DNA from: Bispira polyomma
Lineage: Eukaryota
Direction of reading: 5' to 3'
DNA length: 64,000 bases
Assembly (NCBI GenBank): GCA_965649765.1
Contig: OZ287757.1
Span: forward strand, 24,180,001 to 24,244,000
The notes below the pieces were generated by a model that ran no database searches, was not told the DNA's origin, and saw only the letters and a list, made by a program, of their open reading frames with translations. Made by a program: the position numbers and the translations under genes. This document shows positions 1 through 12,500 of this stretch, one piece after another. Positions within the stretch are counted from its first letter, which is position 1. Every line of letters starts with the position of its first letter.

Positions 1-346
1 ATACACACCTCAAGTAGACCTGTTTGCCACATCCAAAAATCACAAGCTACCTCTGTATGTGTGCCCAATACCAGATGCCCATGCCCTGGAGGTAGATGCA
101 TTGAACATCTCCTGGGAGGGTCTGGACGGCTATGCCTTTTGTCCAGTACCTCTTTTGCCCAAGCTGGTACAGAAAGTACTGACTTACCAGTGTCGGATAA
201 TGGTCCTAGCTCCGGGATGGCCGGGCATGACATGGTTTTGGGATCTGGTGGACCTATCGGTAAGACCACCACTCCAAGTACCTCAGTGGCCTCATCTTCT
301 AAAGCAACCATTCGGCCCCCAATATCACCAAACCTGCCATATCTAA
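1..346 (+). pseudogene. DIRS pol C-terminal DNA N6-adenine methyltransferase-like domain, frameshifted near 340
   Basis: DLFA..N, DA(L)..W, YAF(C)P and P.WP...WF motifs of the DIRS MT domain; the frame shifts before the expected LNLHVW tail. Confidence 0.75.
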
Positions 347-356
347 ATCTCCATGT

Positions 357-1525
357 TTGGATACTGGAATCTCCATGCCAACAGAATCCCAGTATTCCAG
401 ATCAGTGGAAGAACGAAGTAAGGCACCTCAGAGACCATCCTCTAGACGAGTGTATGAATCAAGGTGGGCCTTATTTGAACAATGGGCCTCGGAGAATAAG
501 GTTGTCAGCTCCTCAGCTTCTATAGCTCAGACAGCAGATTTCCTATTATTCCTGGTTCAAAAACGAAATCTCAAACCTGCTACAATAGCCGGATACCGAA
601 CTGCTATTGCAGACCATTTGGGCACCCAGGACTAGAAGTCTCAAAAAGTCTTGATCTTAACAGACTTCTAGCCAGTTTTTATAGGGACAAACCTACCAAA
701 GACAGAAGTATACCTAGTTGGGATCTATCATTGGTACTATTGGCTTTAACTAAGCTTCTTTTTGAACCAATTAAAGAGGCTTCCCTGAAACTTGTAACCT
801 TCAAAACGGTATTTTTGATGGCTTTAGCCTCTGGCAAGAGAAGAGGGGAAATACATGCCTGGACCTTTAACTCTTTGAAACATAAACCACACTGGAAAGA
901 GGTTACTGTATCTCCCTCACCAATATTTTTGGCTAAAAACCAACTGGCTTTCCAGGGTCCTGATTCCATTAAGCCTGTGGTTATCCCTGCTCTAAGTCCT
1001 TTTTTAGATGACAATTTAGTTGAGGACATCAGCCTATGCCCAGTGAGATCTCTGAAGCACTATCTCAAACGTACTCAAGATCTTAGAAAAGGAAAAAATC
1101 TACTTTTTATATCCTTCCGTGAGGGCTTTAGTAAAGATATCCAAAGATCCACCTTATCTTCCTGGCTCAAGCAGACTATTATTTTGGCTTACCAGCATGC
1201 TGACACAGAGATTGAAAACTTGTGTCAAATTAATGCCCACAATTTGAGATCCATGGCTGCCTCTTTGGCCTTTAAGGGGGGTGTCTCTTTAGACCAGATA
1301 CTTGGGGCTTGCTTCTGGCGTTCACATAGCACGTTTACTAGCTTCTACTTAAAGGATGTAGCTTGGCACTCTAGGGATGATGCAGACTTCTCCTTAGGTC
1401 CTGTAGTCTCAGCTCAACACATTGTCCACCTGACTTCAGTGAGTGCTGTCTGGACTTTATCTTTCTACATTGTTGTCATAATGGTTATGATATATCACAC
1501 ACTTATGTATTGTTCTCTCCAATAG
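357..1525 (+). pseudogene. DIRS tyrosine recombinase, one frameshift near 625
   Basis: N-terminal part in 357-635 (YESRWALF...TIAGYRTAI); catalytic part in 731-1525 (ASGKRRGEIH, CPVR, AHNLRSMAAS, CFW, FTSFY). The two ORFs are in different frames. Confidence 0.85.
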
Positions 1526-2559
1526 TTGCCGTTTCTTGTTGAATGTACCCAACTACTACATATACACTATTTGCAGATGACTAATCTGTCTTTCTTCTTT
1601 TCCAGGCCTCCTAGTATGTATTTAAGAAGACTAGCGTCAGCTTGGGGATTTGCTGCCACCAGTATGACAGTTTGCCTGACAGAGGTGACAGCAACTGCCT
1701 GACCCATTAGTTAACTGCACAAGATGCACAGTTGCACCTATGTAATGGATCATCATAAGAATAAATGAATAAGGTAAGCTATAGCTTCATCTTTTTCATT
1801 CTCATTCACATATGTTATTTGTAAGTAACATAATTCTAGTACAGTATAGTACTATGAGTAAGTCTAGTTGTGTTTACAGTATGCTTATGTAATGCCTACT
1901 TAATCATTTTCTCAGAGCTTACCTAAAAGTTTCTTAATTACTCTCAACAAAGTGCTTTCCAATAAATCCTTCAAGTGAGGCTCTGCCACACAAATACCCT
2001 CCACCTGGAAGGTTGGAATCAAGCACTTAGTGAAGATAAGGTAAGGATATTTATCGCAATAAAATGTAAAAATTTTATTGTAATTTATCTTTTTGGAAGA
2101 TAAATACTTACCTTATCCTCACAAGTCAGATGCCCACCCATCAAAACCCCACTAATTTGTGTGGCAAGCTTGCCAAAATGAATCTGAGGAGTGCAAGCAC
2201 CAACAGAAGTGAGAACACTTCCTGCGCATGCGCATACCTCTTTGTCGGTTGAGAGTAAAATTAAGAAACAAGAATAGTCTTTATAAAAAAGACTTGTTTG
2301 GTCGAGCAATTATTCAAAATGAATAAAAGCACTTAGTGAGGAAAAGGTAAGTATTTATCTTCCAAAAAGATAAATTACAATAAAATTTTTACAATTTATA
2401 TCTTTGTGTCCAAAGATATTGGAACTGTTTGATGAGATTAAGCAGTGTTCATTTAAGGAGTGCTAAGATACTAACAGTGAAGAAACAAATTTGAAAGAAC
2501 AATACTTTTGACTTAGATAATGCCACAGATAAAGTTTCAAAGTTTCTATCTTGAAATGA

Positions 2560-2945
2560 GGATTAAATTTAAAATCATGTTTAGTAACCTTCAAAGCATT
2601 GCATGGATTGATTGCTGATTACCTAACTGACTTCATATCAGTAAATAAACCATCTAGAATATTAAAGGAATAACAAAGGACTATTACTGGAGGAGGTGAA
2701 ATCAGAACTAAATCCGGAGATAGATCTTTCTCTGTTGTGGCTCAAAGATTGAGCAACCAGCTGCCACAAAACATTAGAACTCTAGAAACAATTTATTGCT
2801 GTAAAACATCCTTTGAAAACTTTTTTGTAATAAAAGAACCTTTGATAATATATAAATTATACCGAGGAAAATTTCTTTTGTAGTGCTTTTGAAGGTGTTG
2901 TGAGAAAGACGCTTTATATAACTTTATTATTATTAATATTAAGGT
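2560..2945 (+). mobile_element. Decayed L2/CR1-type LINE 3' fragment
   Basis: Remnants of FKI..TFKALHG, GDRSFSV.A..L.N.LP..IR and F...LKT motifs, ending in a (tta)n-like tail. Confidence 0.55.
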
Positions 2946-3920
2946 AAACACAGGTAAGAATAAAGCATCTTCTAACATTAAAAAAACACACTGACCAATT
3001 GATTTTTTACATTTTATTCAACAAAGATTATACATATATATATAAATTTAGTTAATTGTAAAGAGCACATTCTGTACAATAGAGAGTGTGACACTAAAAC
3101 CTAAGTAACAATAAATAGTTTGACACTAAAGTACTGATTCCATACAAGCGTTCGCGTCATCCATACTCGTCAAACTTTTCCGTCAATGAAACAAGATCAA
3201 TTGTTTTAGAACATGTACATATAAAACTTATTGTTTGATATCACCCACAATGAGGGCTCATCCAACTTCACAATTTACATTCCCCCCACGTTCGACTGGT
3301 AGGAGAGATACTTATCTTATTTAATCTGAAAGAAAGATTAGTATCTGTCACTGTTCGTCTAGTCAATATTCAAAAAAAGATAAGGACCAAAGTTATACAC
3401 ATATCTCGCTGGTTAACTTTCTAAAAAAAATCACGTGACTGCCTTGCAAATATAAGGCTTTGATAGGTTTCAGTAGAGAGCACTCTGAAGTATTAACTTT
3501 CATATAAGGATATTTAGTTGCCTTTTGACTCCTCCACCACATTGTGTGACGTTTTATATCATGATGAAAATTGAATGAAATAATAATATATATGTAGTTA
3601 TCTTTGCTTGAATGGATCTCTTATTTGGACGTATAATTTAACAAATAGGTTACCATTCCTGAAAGCATTGTTTTTTAATGTAAAATATGGATATATCGCC
3701 CATCATGCACTTGGTATACTTCTTCGTTAATTTCCGTTTGCCTTCGGTTGTAGATACTTATTTTTCCTGTGCGACTGGTAGCAAAATAATTAAGTATCTC
3801 TGTCACTGTGCAGATGGGCGGAGTTTACAGATAAGTATCTGAAACTCTACCCAGTAGAACAGCCAAATTTCTCCCATAGATTTTTAATGAACATGCAGAT
3901 GTATGGGGGGGGGGGGGGGG

Positions 3921-4145
3921 GGGGCATGGTGGTCTTGTGGTTAGAAGTGACTGCTTTACAATCACTGGTCTCTCACTAATGTGGGTTTGAAATCCTGTTC
4001 ACTCCTTTAAATGGGAAAGTTTGTCAGGTACTTGCAAAAGGCCAGTGGATTACAGTGGTTTGGGCACTGGGGTCTTACACCATTGAATCTGGCCATCGTG
4101 ATATGACCTAAGCTGTTAAAAGTGATGTAAAACCAAACTAAATAC
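3921..4145 (+). mobile_element. tRNA-derived SINE
   Basis: ggggcatggtggtcttgtggttaga head with box A and box B-like ggtttgaaatcc; body shared with copies at 9095-9300, 28648-28877, 40070-40255 and 42765-42975 (all minus). Confidence 0.75.
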
Positions 4146-4344
4146 ACCAATGTATGATAACACTCTAACAAACTATATCAGGAGCAAAAATGTGTGACAT
4201 GTGTGTGAAACGTGTATGGATGACACATGTATGAAAACAAGCCCTTGTCTATCACAGATAACCTTTTGACACTCAGCAAAAAACTACAATTATTCTCTTA
4301 TAAAAGTTACACCTGGGTTATGGGTGTGATAAGAGGGCATAAAC

Positions 4345-4860
4345 TCACACAAATACATTGATGCCTGCTGGGTGTATGGTGGGGAAGGCCCAGATTAAGT
4401 ATAGTTCCTGGCATCTGCGCCTTTTAGTGGAATCTAGGTGATTATCCTTACCCATCCATTGGAAAATTATGAACTCCATGTGTTTTACAGAATGGTGCTT
4501 CTGTGTAAAGTGTCTTGTTTTTGGTTTCTGGTTAGGTTCATTAAGTTTTTTTGGAACTTCTTCCAGTAGAGATATGGTCTCACTGTTCAGTTGGATGACT
4601 GGAATTGGGGTGCCAGTAGCTGGAGTATTGAAAGCTGTGTGACTGTCCACTTCTAGGTGGTTGATAGCAGTGCTAAGGGCAGTATCACTCTCACTAATTT
4701 TGACCCAGTACAATTAAGAAAGATATGATGTGTGTGTGAGAGAGAGAGAGGTGTATTTGTCTTCTCCAACAATTTGCCTTATATATACCTTTATATCTTT
4801 GTATATATTTCGAAAATCTTATTGGATTATCTCATCAGAGGCTGATAACTGATTTTTGAA
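4345..4860 (-). mobile_element. Internally deleted Penelope-like element: hammerhead, ORF start, GIY-YIG endonuclease C-terminus
   Basis: ORF 4345-4713 ends RHFTQKHHSVKHMEFIIFQW...RRRCQELYLIWAFPTIHPAGIN, resembling the HF...H / R..RE..WI....T..P.GLN tail of Penelope GIY-YIG domains; a hammerhead lies immediately 5'. Confidence 0.65.
4776..4842 (-). ncRNA. Type I hammerhead ribozyme
   Basis: Minus strand reads GCCU-CUGAUGA-GAUAAUC-CAAUAA-GAUUUUC-GAAA-UAUAUAC-(12 nt loop)-GUAUAUA-UA-AGGC: full catalytic core, stems I/II/III paired, AUA cleavage triplet with cut after position 4780. Confidence 0.85.
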
Positions 4861-5279
4861 TTTTCCCCAATTACAATTATTCTCTCTATATATTTAATAA
4901 GATTATGTCACAGAAACCAGATTTACTAATAGATGTTACAAGACAGCTAGGAAATTAAACTTTTTTTTTCTCATTTGTTTTTTCCCTTATAAACCAAATG
5001 GACCATAGCTTGAACGTCAACATACAGTAGACCCTCTATTATCTGAACTACAGTAAAACCTTAATTATTCAAACAACTATTATTATCTGGACATTTATTT
5101 TGATGAGCACACTTTTAAAATTAAAATTTTCCTAGTACTTTACACTGAAGAAATTTATCTATTTCATGAATATGTTGTTCTCCCAACATGTTTGGATGAC
5201 AGAGGTTTTGCTGCATCCTTTTTGGTTCACAAATCTCTGCAATTTTACATCACATTTTTTACTTCAGCATTGTTCTGCA

Positions 5280-5902
5280 TAATGGTGTCATCGCCAGTGT
5301 ATATTGTGGATCGATGCCGTGCAGTGGACCATGAGCGATATCGCGGTATTTATCGTCATTGAAGCACATAGATTTTGAAAGTAAAATATTTTGTTAGGTT
5401 TCTAAATAATTATATCCCCGACTACCGTTTTTATAAGTTACATTCACAAAAATTAAAATCACTTATACTTGTAATTAGTGTTTGCTGTGTATGTAGAAGA
5501 TCACCTAAAATATATTGTATATGTCACAGAAGTATATCTGTGTATGTATAACCACAGCATTGAAAAACAGATATAAGATAATATATGTGAGCGATTACTG
5601 CTGAGTCAAAGTTAGATATCCTTATATGGAAGTCGGTGCTTTGGGGTACTCCTAAGGATGATACAATTGATATATACATGCTAGAATAGATCAAAGCCAT
5701 TTTCGGTAAGTTTCGTTGATATATGATAGAATATTTATCGCAAAATATTTTACTTTTCAATCTATGGCCTTCAAAGGTATATATACATGTCTTTATTTTA
5801 TTTGTGTGAGATGCATCGCGGACATTTGTAATCTCCCGATTATCCCCCAGGCATATCATCACTGGTGAATGTGCCCAATCGTCACCCGTGATGACACCAC
5901 TA
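5280..5902. mobile_element. hAT-type non-autonomous element (MITE)
   Basis: TIR TA(A/G)TGGTGTCATC; 8-bp TSD gttctgca at 5272-5279 and 5903-5910. Confidence 0.85.
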
Positions 5903-6208
5903 GTTCTGCATTTAGGTAGCACAGTTTTACAGTAAAGATCCTAAAGTCTGACATATATCTCAAATTGGCTTTATGCTAAAACAATTACACAAAATCAACC
6001 AAAATGGGGCAAAATTAGTAAAATACCAGTTGAAATTGGCTTGTAGTGATTATACACTCAGACTAAATTTTTTTTAATAAATTAGCTAAGTATTTATAGG
6101 TAACAAATCTTATATGTATGGTGATATGTACCACACAGACAGAATTTTGATACCTTTATTATACATAAAGTCACAGCAGGACATGTTTTGAGATTATTCA
6201 GTAGAGTA

Positions 6209-6395
6209 CAGTAGAACCTTTATTATCTGAATATATTGGTTGGGCAAGATTTTATTTGGATAATAGAATGTTTGTAAAATAGAAGAGGCATGTTAATATA
6301 AAAACAGAAAGAAGATAAAATTAAGAAGAGTGAAACTAATGTTCACCAAATCAAATATTTGGATAATAGAAGCTCGGATAATTGAGGTTCTACTT
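6209..6395. mobile_element. Abundant ~190-bp Tc1/mariner(pogo)-like MITE family, representative copy
   Basis: TIR cagtagaacctctattatcc / ggataatagaggttctactg at TA sites. Related copies near 5023-5215, 8995-9402, 11370-11509, 18057-18240, 28362-28508, 29300-29731, 31195-31556, 34625-34800, 35476-35625, 38228-38420 and 38529-38712. Confidence 0.75.
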
Positions 6396-6477
6396 TAAGC
6401 ATGAGTTTAAGACAATATACAGGCCTAGGTTTTTATCATTTTACCACAATGTCTAATCAATGCACTCCATCTCCCTC

Positions 6478-6522
6478 TCACTTGCCCTCTGCCTTCTTCT
6501 TCAGACGAGTTTCTTGTAACTT
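6478..6522 (-). CDS. CEP295: CEP295-like last coding exon
   Basis: cag|KLQETRLKKKAEGK-TGA. Confidence 0.88.
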   Translation of the reverse strand, partial: KLQETRLKKKAEGK

Positions 6523-9500
6523 CTGCAAGTAAAATAACAAACAACCCATAGATTATCAAACAAAGTTAAAAAAACAAGAGTTGTCTTAAAAAAAAAAGAC
6601 ACGTGCGCACAATGTGAGAAATATTAATCTGACAGCCCACAGTTTGGCGGGGTCAATTGCTTCCAAGCAATCCATAACGGCCTTACATATTATTTCCAAC
6701 ATGGGCGCACCTTTTTTAGAGTGAAAACAAGATCAGGCACAGAGGTTCCACATCCCCACTGCTGTATAGTAACCACTTTCCCAAAGATAGTGAGAGTTGG
6801 ATCAAGTTAGTTACTGAAAATTACTGAAAGGCAATTTAGTGAATTGTTACACAGTTACACACATAGTTACCTTGTTATACTCCTTGACCCTCTCTCTGTT
6901 TACTGTTACCATAGTTACACACATAGTTACCTTGTTATACTCCTTGACCCTCTTTCTGTCAACTCGTACCATAGTTACACACAGTTACCTTGTTATACTC
7001 CTTGACCCTCTCTCTGTTTACTGTTACTATAGTTACACACAGTTACCTTGTTATACTCCTTGACCCTCTTTCTGTCAACTCTTACCATAGTTACACACAT
7101 AGCTACCTTGTTATATTCCTTGACCCTCTCTCTGTTTACTGTTACTATAGTTAAACACAGTTACCTTGTTATACTCCTTGACCCTCTCTCTGTTTACTGT
7201 TACCATAGTTACACACATAGTTACCTTGTTATACTCCTTGACCCTCTCTCTGTTTACTGTTACCATAGTTACACACATAAAATTACCTTGTTATACTCCT
7301 TTGCCCTCTCCCTATTGGCTGCGTACTTCTGTTTTTTGGCATCTTCTTGCTTTTTTTCTTTCACGTCATCTAATTGATTGTAAAGCCTGAAATATAGAAC
7401 ACACAAATATAGACAGAAAGAGCACGACACAACACAGTCAAAAGGTAGGTCCTGGGAAATACATATCTGGAGTCATATTCACAATATTCTTGGAATGAAC
7501 TTCTTAGAATGATCTTAGTCTGAGCCAAACAGATTCTTTGAAACTAAATTGTCAGCTAATCAAATTGGTTGAGACAAAATTTTAAGAATAAGAATCTTTG
7601 TGAATACCAGTGGAGTTATTGATGTCATATTGCATTCTAGACGGGTGGACAGACACAGGCCATTCCAATGTCCACGCAATGTGTTACAATGGTGATAATA
7701 ATACCCCCCCTCCCCACTCACCGACTGGTCCTCTGTTTCATTTCCTGTTCCTCACGTTTCCTGTCCGCCGAAGACTTACTGCTCACCTTAGTAGGACTTG
7801 GGATTTTAGTGGCTGTAACAGAAACACACTTTAATCAGTGCAGGTATTTACAGTGGTGGAACATTATGAAATAGAAATACTTGTATATATAGTAAAATGT
7901 TGTCATTCCCACTTCAACATTAAGGGCCCAAACCGGTTTGATCCTCACTGCAGGCCTGGAGATTGTACCCTTGGACAAGGTGCTTCACACAAAAGTTGTC
8001 CCCCTCTACCCAGGTGTATAAATGGGTAACTGGCCGCTAATAGGTGTTAGTTTTTGTGCGCCGTATGTGGTAGCATGGCTAGTATAAGCTTCCTGAAGGA
8101 GATGAGACTGAACAATTGCTTCACAAGTGGAAGAACCCAGGCTGGGGGTGTAAACTGTAAAGTCGGCTGAAACTTCAAAAGAGGTGATATCAGACTATAA
8201 ACCTGCAGATATTTACATTTAAAATACTTTAATTGAGTTAGTTAAATAATAGTAGTTTAGACAACAGATTCCACTGTATTTACTTTGACCTACTTATTGA
8301 CAGTAGGTCAAAATTATGAAAATAGAAATAGTTTTATATACAGTTTAAAAACATTGCCATTGCCAGGTCAACATTAAGGGTCTGAAGTAGGTTCCTCTGC
8401 TGAAGATTTTTGTGTAAAGAGGGTAAAGCTCACTGGAGCCACAAATTAATTTACACTTGTGATCTAATACACGTTAGTCCCCCCAGAAGTCCACCACATT
8501 ATGTAGAAGCTAAAAAGGCCAGGCCTCATTTAATGAAATATTATTGATCTTTCATTTAAGGTCTTCATTCATTGTTGGAAAAGCACAAATGCTTACATAT
8601 ATATATATATAGCTATTTTAGCCCAATGAGTTTGAACAATAAAAATTTATTTCAACTAAAAATCTGAACTTGTATTGCTACTGTAAATAAAAATTAGCCA
8701 TAAGTATTTAATTCATAAAAATATCGTAAATTATTGACATTTTCTTCCATCCTAAAATAAACAAATACATTACCTTTTCCGAGGCCGCGGTTTTTCTTCC
8801 AGTGGGCCATGGTTTTGGTCATGTGGTCTCCCCGTGACACGTCCCCTTGTTTGCCCTTGACCTTGGCTGCCTCTTTCCTCTGCTGTGACTTTTGTATGAG
8901 GTGTCCTTTCTTTCTGGCAAACACTTCCTGTAGACTGAGGCCTTGTACACTGTCTTCTTCTGAAAGGTCTGGTGAGGGGGGAATATACAGACAGCAGAAA
9001 CCTCTATTATACAAACTTATATTATCAGAATACTCGATTTTATGAATTTATTTCCACTATCGCAAAGGTAAGTATTCTTATAGTTTTATACTGAATTTGA
9101 ATTGATTTACGTCGCTTTCAACAGCTTTGGATGTATTATGACAGCTAGAATTAGTGGTATGGCAAACCAGTACTGAAACACTGTAAACCATGAGTGGCAT
9201 CAACCTATGGCAAGTACCTGACAACCTTTCTCACATGAAGAAGGAATCTGTGGGATTCGATCCCCAGAACTGAGCGGCCAGTGATTTTAAAGGAGACACT
9301 AATAAGGTTTATACTGAAGTGCCGTCTTCTATTTTATGAACCTTCTATTATCCAAACAAAATCTAGCTCTTCCAACATGTTCGGATAATAGAGGTTCTAC
9401 TGTAGCAGAAATCTTTATTATATGAACATTTTGGGATCGACGGTACACTATCTCCTTATGAAGGATCTGGGCAAGCAAATATACATTACAAAACTAGAAA

Positions 9501-12500
9501 AATTTGAGAAATAATATTTACCTTACCCCAACCATTGGTCTTGTTGGCTGCTACTGAGCCACGGTAATAAGTCCTTGAAAGAGCTTAAAAATTAGGGTCT
9601 GTAAGGCCAGTTGGTGACTAATACACGCCCTAAATATAGCCCACAGTGGTAGGTCAAATTTTACCAGCAATGTAGACTTTCTGACACTGGTTTCCTACTT
9701 AATATGCTGGCAATACATTAAAAGGCTATAAAAACAATTATAGTTAATGAGATATTTGACACGTTCTTTTAAATCCCAAAAGAGCTATAAAGAGACACCT
9801 TACAAGTAATCTTAAGTCCGAGTTTTATTGTTATTTTGGGACAGACCACTGATCTCTCTACTCACCGTGTACTTTTCCCACTGGTATGGAGATCACATGA
9901 CTGTCTGAATCAAATAATCCCCTATTATCACCCACTCCCTCCTCCTCTTGTGTGGCTTCCTCCATCCTCAGCGGCGTGAATTCGTCCCACTCCCAATCAA
10001 ACAACGAGCCCGTGTTCTGAGGTGTTGGGGTTAAGGTCGTGTCTGACCCCGCCGATGACAACGTCTCCATGGTAACGAGACCGGTACTTGGTGAGGCGGT
10101 GATGCCACTGTGGTCGGTGGTGGAGGGGTAGAAGTGTAGGTTATTAGAGGAAGCAGTGGACTGCTGAGGGTCAGTAGCGGTGAGGTTTGTGTGGTCAGAG
10201 GAGAGGGGTACAAAGAGGGTCGGGGAGGAACCTTCTAGAGGGGTGGGGGAAGTCCTCCTGAGACCTGGAAAACAGGGAGAAAATAATTACAACATTGGGG
10301 TCAATGTGTGTTACATTGGAGTTTAAGGTTGTTGCTACCATTTTTTTTTTTTAAAAAAAATTGAAAAGCTTGAATAATATGTTGAACAAAAATATAAAAA
10401 AAACTATGTCACACCAGGCTCGTTCAAAAACTACAGAGCTTTGAACATGGTATGTATTTACATATATTTGCCTATTGTTTTCAATGGAAAAGCCGGTTTT
10501 GGGAAGGAAAAATTCCAGAAAAAGGTACTTTAAAAATTTTTCACCCCACAGAATTTAATTTGTTTCTCCCCAGTTGTGGAAAATTACAAAATGTAACTAA
10601 ATATGAGAAAAAAACGGGGTCACCGTGCTAAATTTTTTAAAATCTCAGTTTGTTTAGAATTTTTAGGGCCCAAAACCTTATGTTTCTATTGAAATAATAG
10701 GAAACATGTTGAATTTTTCTGAAGATAAACATCATATTTATAGCAGAGTTGCTCAAAAAAGGCAAAATGACAAATCATTCCCAATAGACAATTAAACAAA
10801 GCACATTTTCTGCAATTTTAATGAAAAAGTATTGAAATTTATTTTTTGGGGAAAAAAATGGTAGTGAACAACCTTAAACGACACATGACAAAACAGGGAT
10901 ATACAGAATTTTACCACAATTACACGGGCGGCCATAATTCTGGTCGGGTCACACTACCATCTTGCATTTATAAAGAATTTAGCGAGGGAAATTAATATTG
11001 AAAACACATGGTACTTCATCCCATGAATTAAAGTACAGAACACTATATTTTATTTTAAAGAAATCTACGGTCTAGACATTGAAATGAACGGTATTGTGAC
11101 CCAACTAGTACTATGACTGCCCATGTAGAGCCGTAGTGTTTCTATGCTTCCAAGAGTGGTAAATGTTTCTCCACATCAAAGAGAAATTGATTCAACAGAG
11201 TTCTATTTAAAGAGGTTTGACTGTACTTGTGTATATTCAAATATACTCATAACTTTTATAAAATCTATTTTGATCTCTGAAAATGCGATACAAAAACAGA
11301 TCCTTAAAATAAAGAGGGACAACACTAGGGTCAATGCGTGTTTAATTCTGAAGGGCACCGTAAATACAGGACAACACTCCCCCTGTTATCTGAATAAGAT
11401 AGGACAGCAAGTATAAAACATTAGGAAAATATAGCTTTGGGAGAGTAAAAGTAACATCATAAAATTGAATATTTGGATAACAGAATTTTGGATAATAGAG
11501 GTTGTACTGTAAAGCCATCGTCAGATTAAGAAATCTGCTTCGAATTTTTGTAACTATTATGATACATATATACCCAGTATGACATCGACCAACAAAGTAA
11601 GGATTTCTGAAGTTAATGCGTTTACTTCTATAGGGCCTATTCGATGACCAAGCATCCTCTGTGGCGCACATCCCAATCAGTGTGCAAAATAATACTCCAA
11701 TAGGAGAAAAGGTTTCTACCTAATGTTGGCAATTCAAATAATCAGCCAAATATTCTTTTCTCGTTTTTGATGCTAAAACATACAAAACCAGAAATCTGTT
11801 TTTTCAAACTCTGATGGACTGCAGATTCACAATTGAAATTTTGTTACATCATAAAAACATAACTGTGTGTCCATATCAGCAGACAGCTTTTACCACAGTA
11901 AGGCAACTGAGCTTATTTTATACCAGGAAATGTATTTTTATAAATAAATAATAATAAAAACAAGAAATATTATTCAAAAACATAACTAAGTAAATTAAAA
12001 TGAACACACATTAAAGAAACTTTAGAATTAGCAAAAAAATTTCAAGGTACTGGTGTGTTACTGTTATAAAAATAATATATGATGCAAAATTTAACATTTA
12101 CTCAAATTAAACATTATGTTACAGTGTTGAACCCTCTTAAGTTGAACCTCTACTTAACCAGGTTAGATATTTCTCCACTTAGAATTTAACTTAACAGAGT
12201 TCTACTTAAATGGGTTTTCACTGTAATTTTGTTTGTTGTATATATGACCGAGTGTCTGTTAAGTGTTTATGAAGAGGGTTTATTTCTAAATGTTTTCTAG
12301 AAGCAAAAATAACTAAAAAAATAAGTAAATTCCAAAGAAGCCCATATGGTTTAGTTGTTTTATATATTTTCAGTATAAATCACACAAATTTATCAAAGGA
12401 GAATTGGAACCTAAAACTAAAATAAAAAGACCAAAAAAAAAATTGTTTTGTTGAAAAAAATGCAATGCTGATGTGAAAAAATTTTGAGTTTTGTAACAAA

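Larger units (their letters stand above)
1..2392 (+). mobile_element. DIRS1-type tyrosine-recombinase retrotransposon, 3' portion (5' part outside window)
   Basis: Methyltransferase-like end of pol (PQVDLFATSKN...DALNISW...YAFCP...LAPGWP) then a YR ORF. Terminal structure: inverted repeat ~2065-2125 vs ~2333-2392 and direct repeat aagcacttagtga at 2021/2327, matching the ICR plus right ITR layout of DIRS1. Confidence 0.9.

Noticed and set aside
3330-3650. Possible intronic snoRNA (ATGATGA at ~3561)
   Set aside because: No matching box D with terminal stem on the same strand and no H/ACA double hairpin evident.
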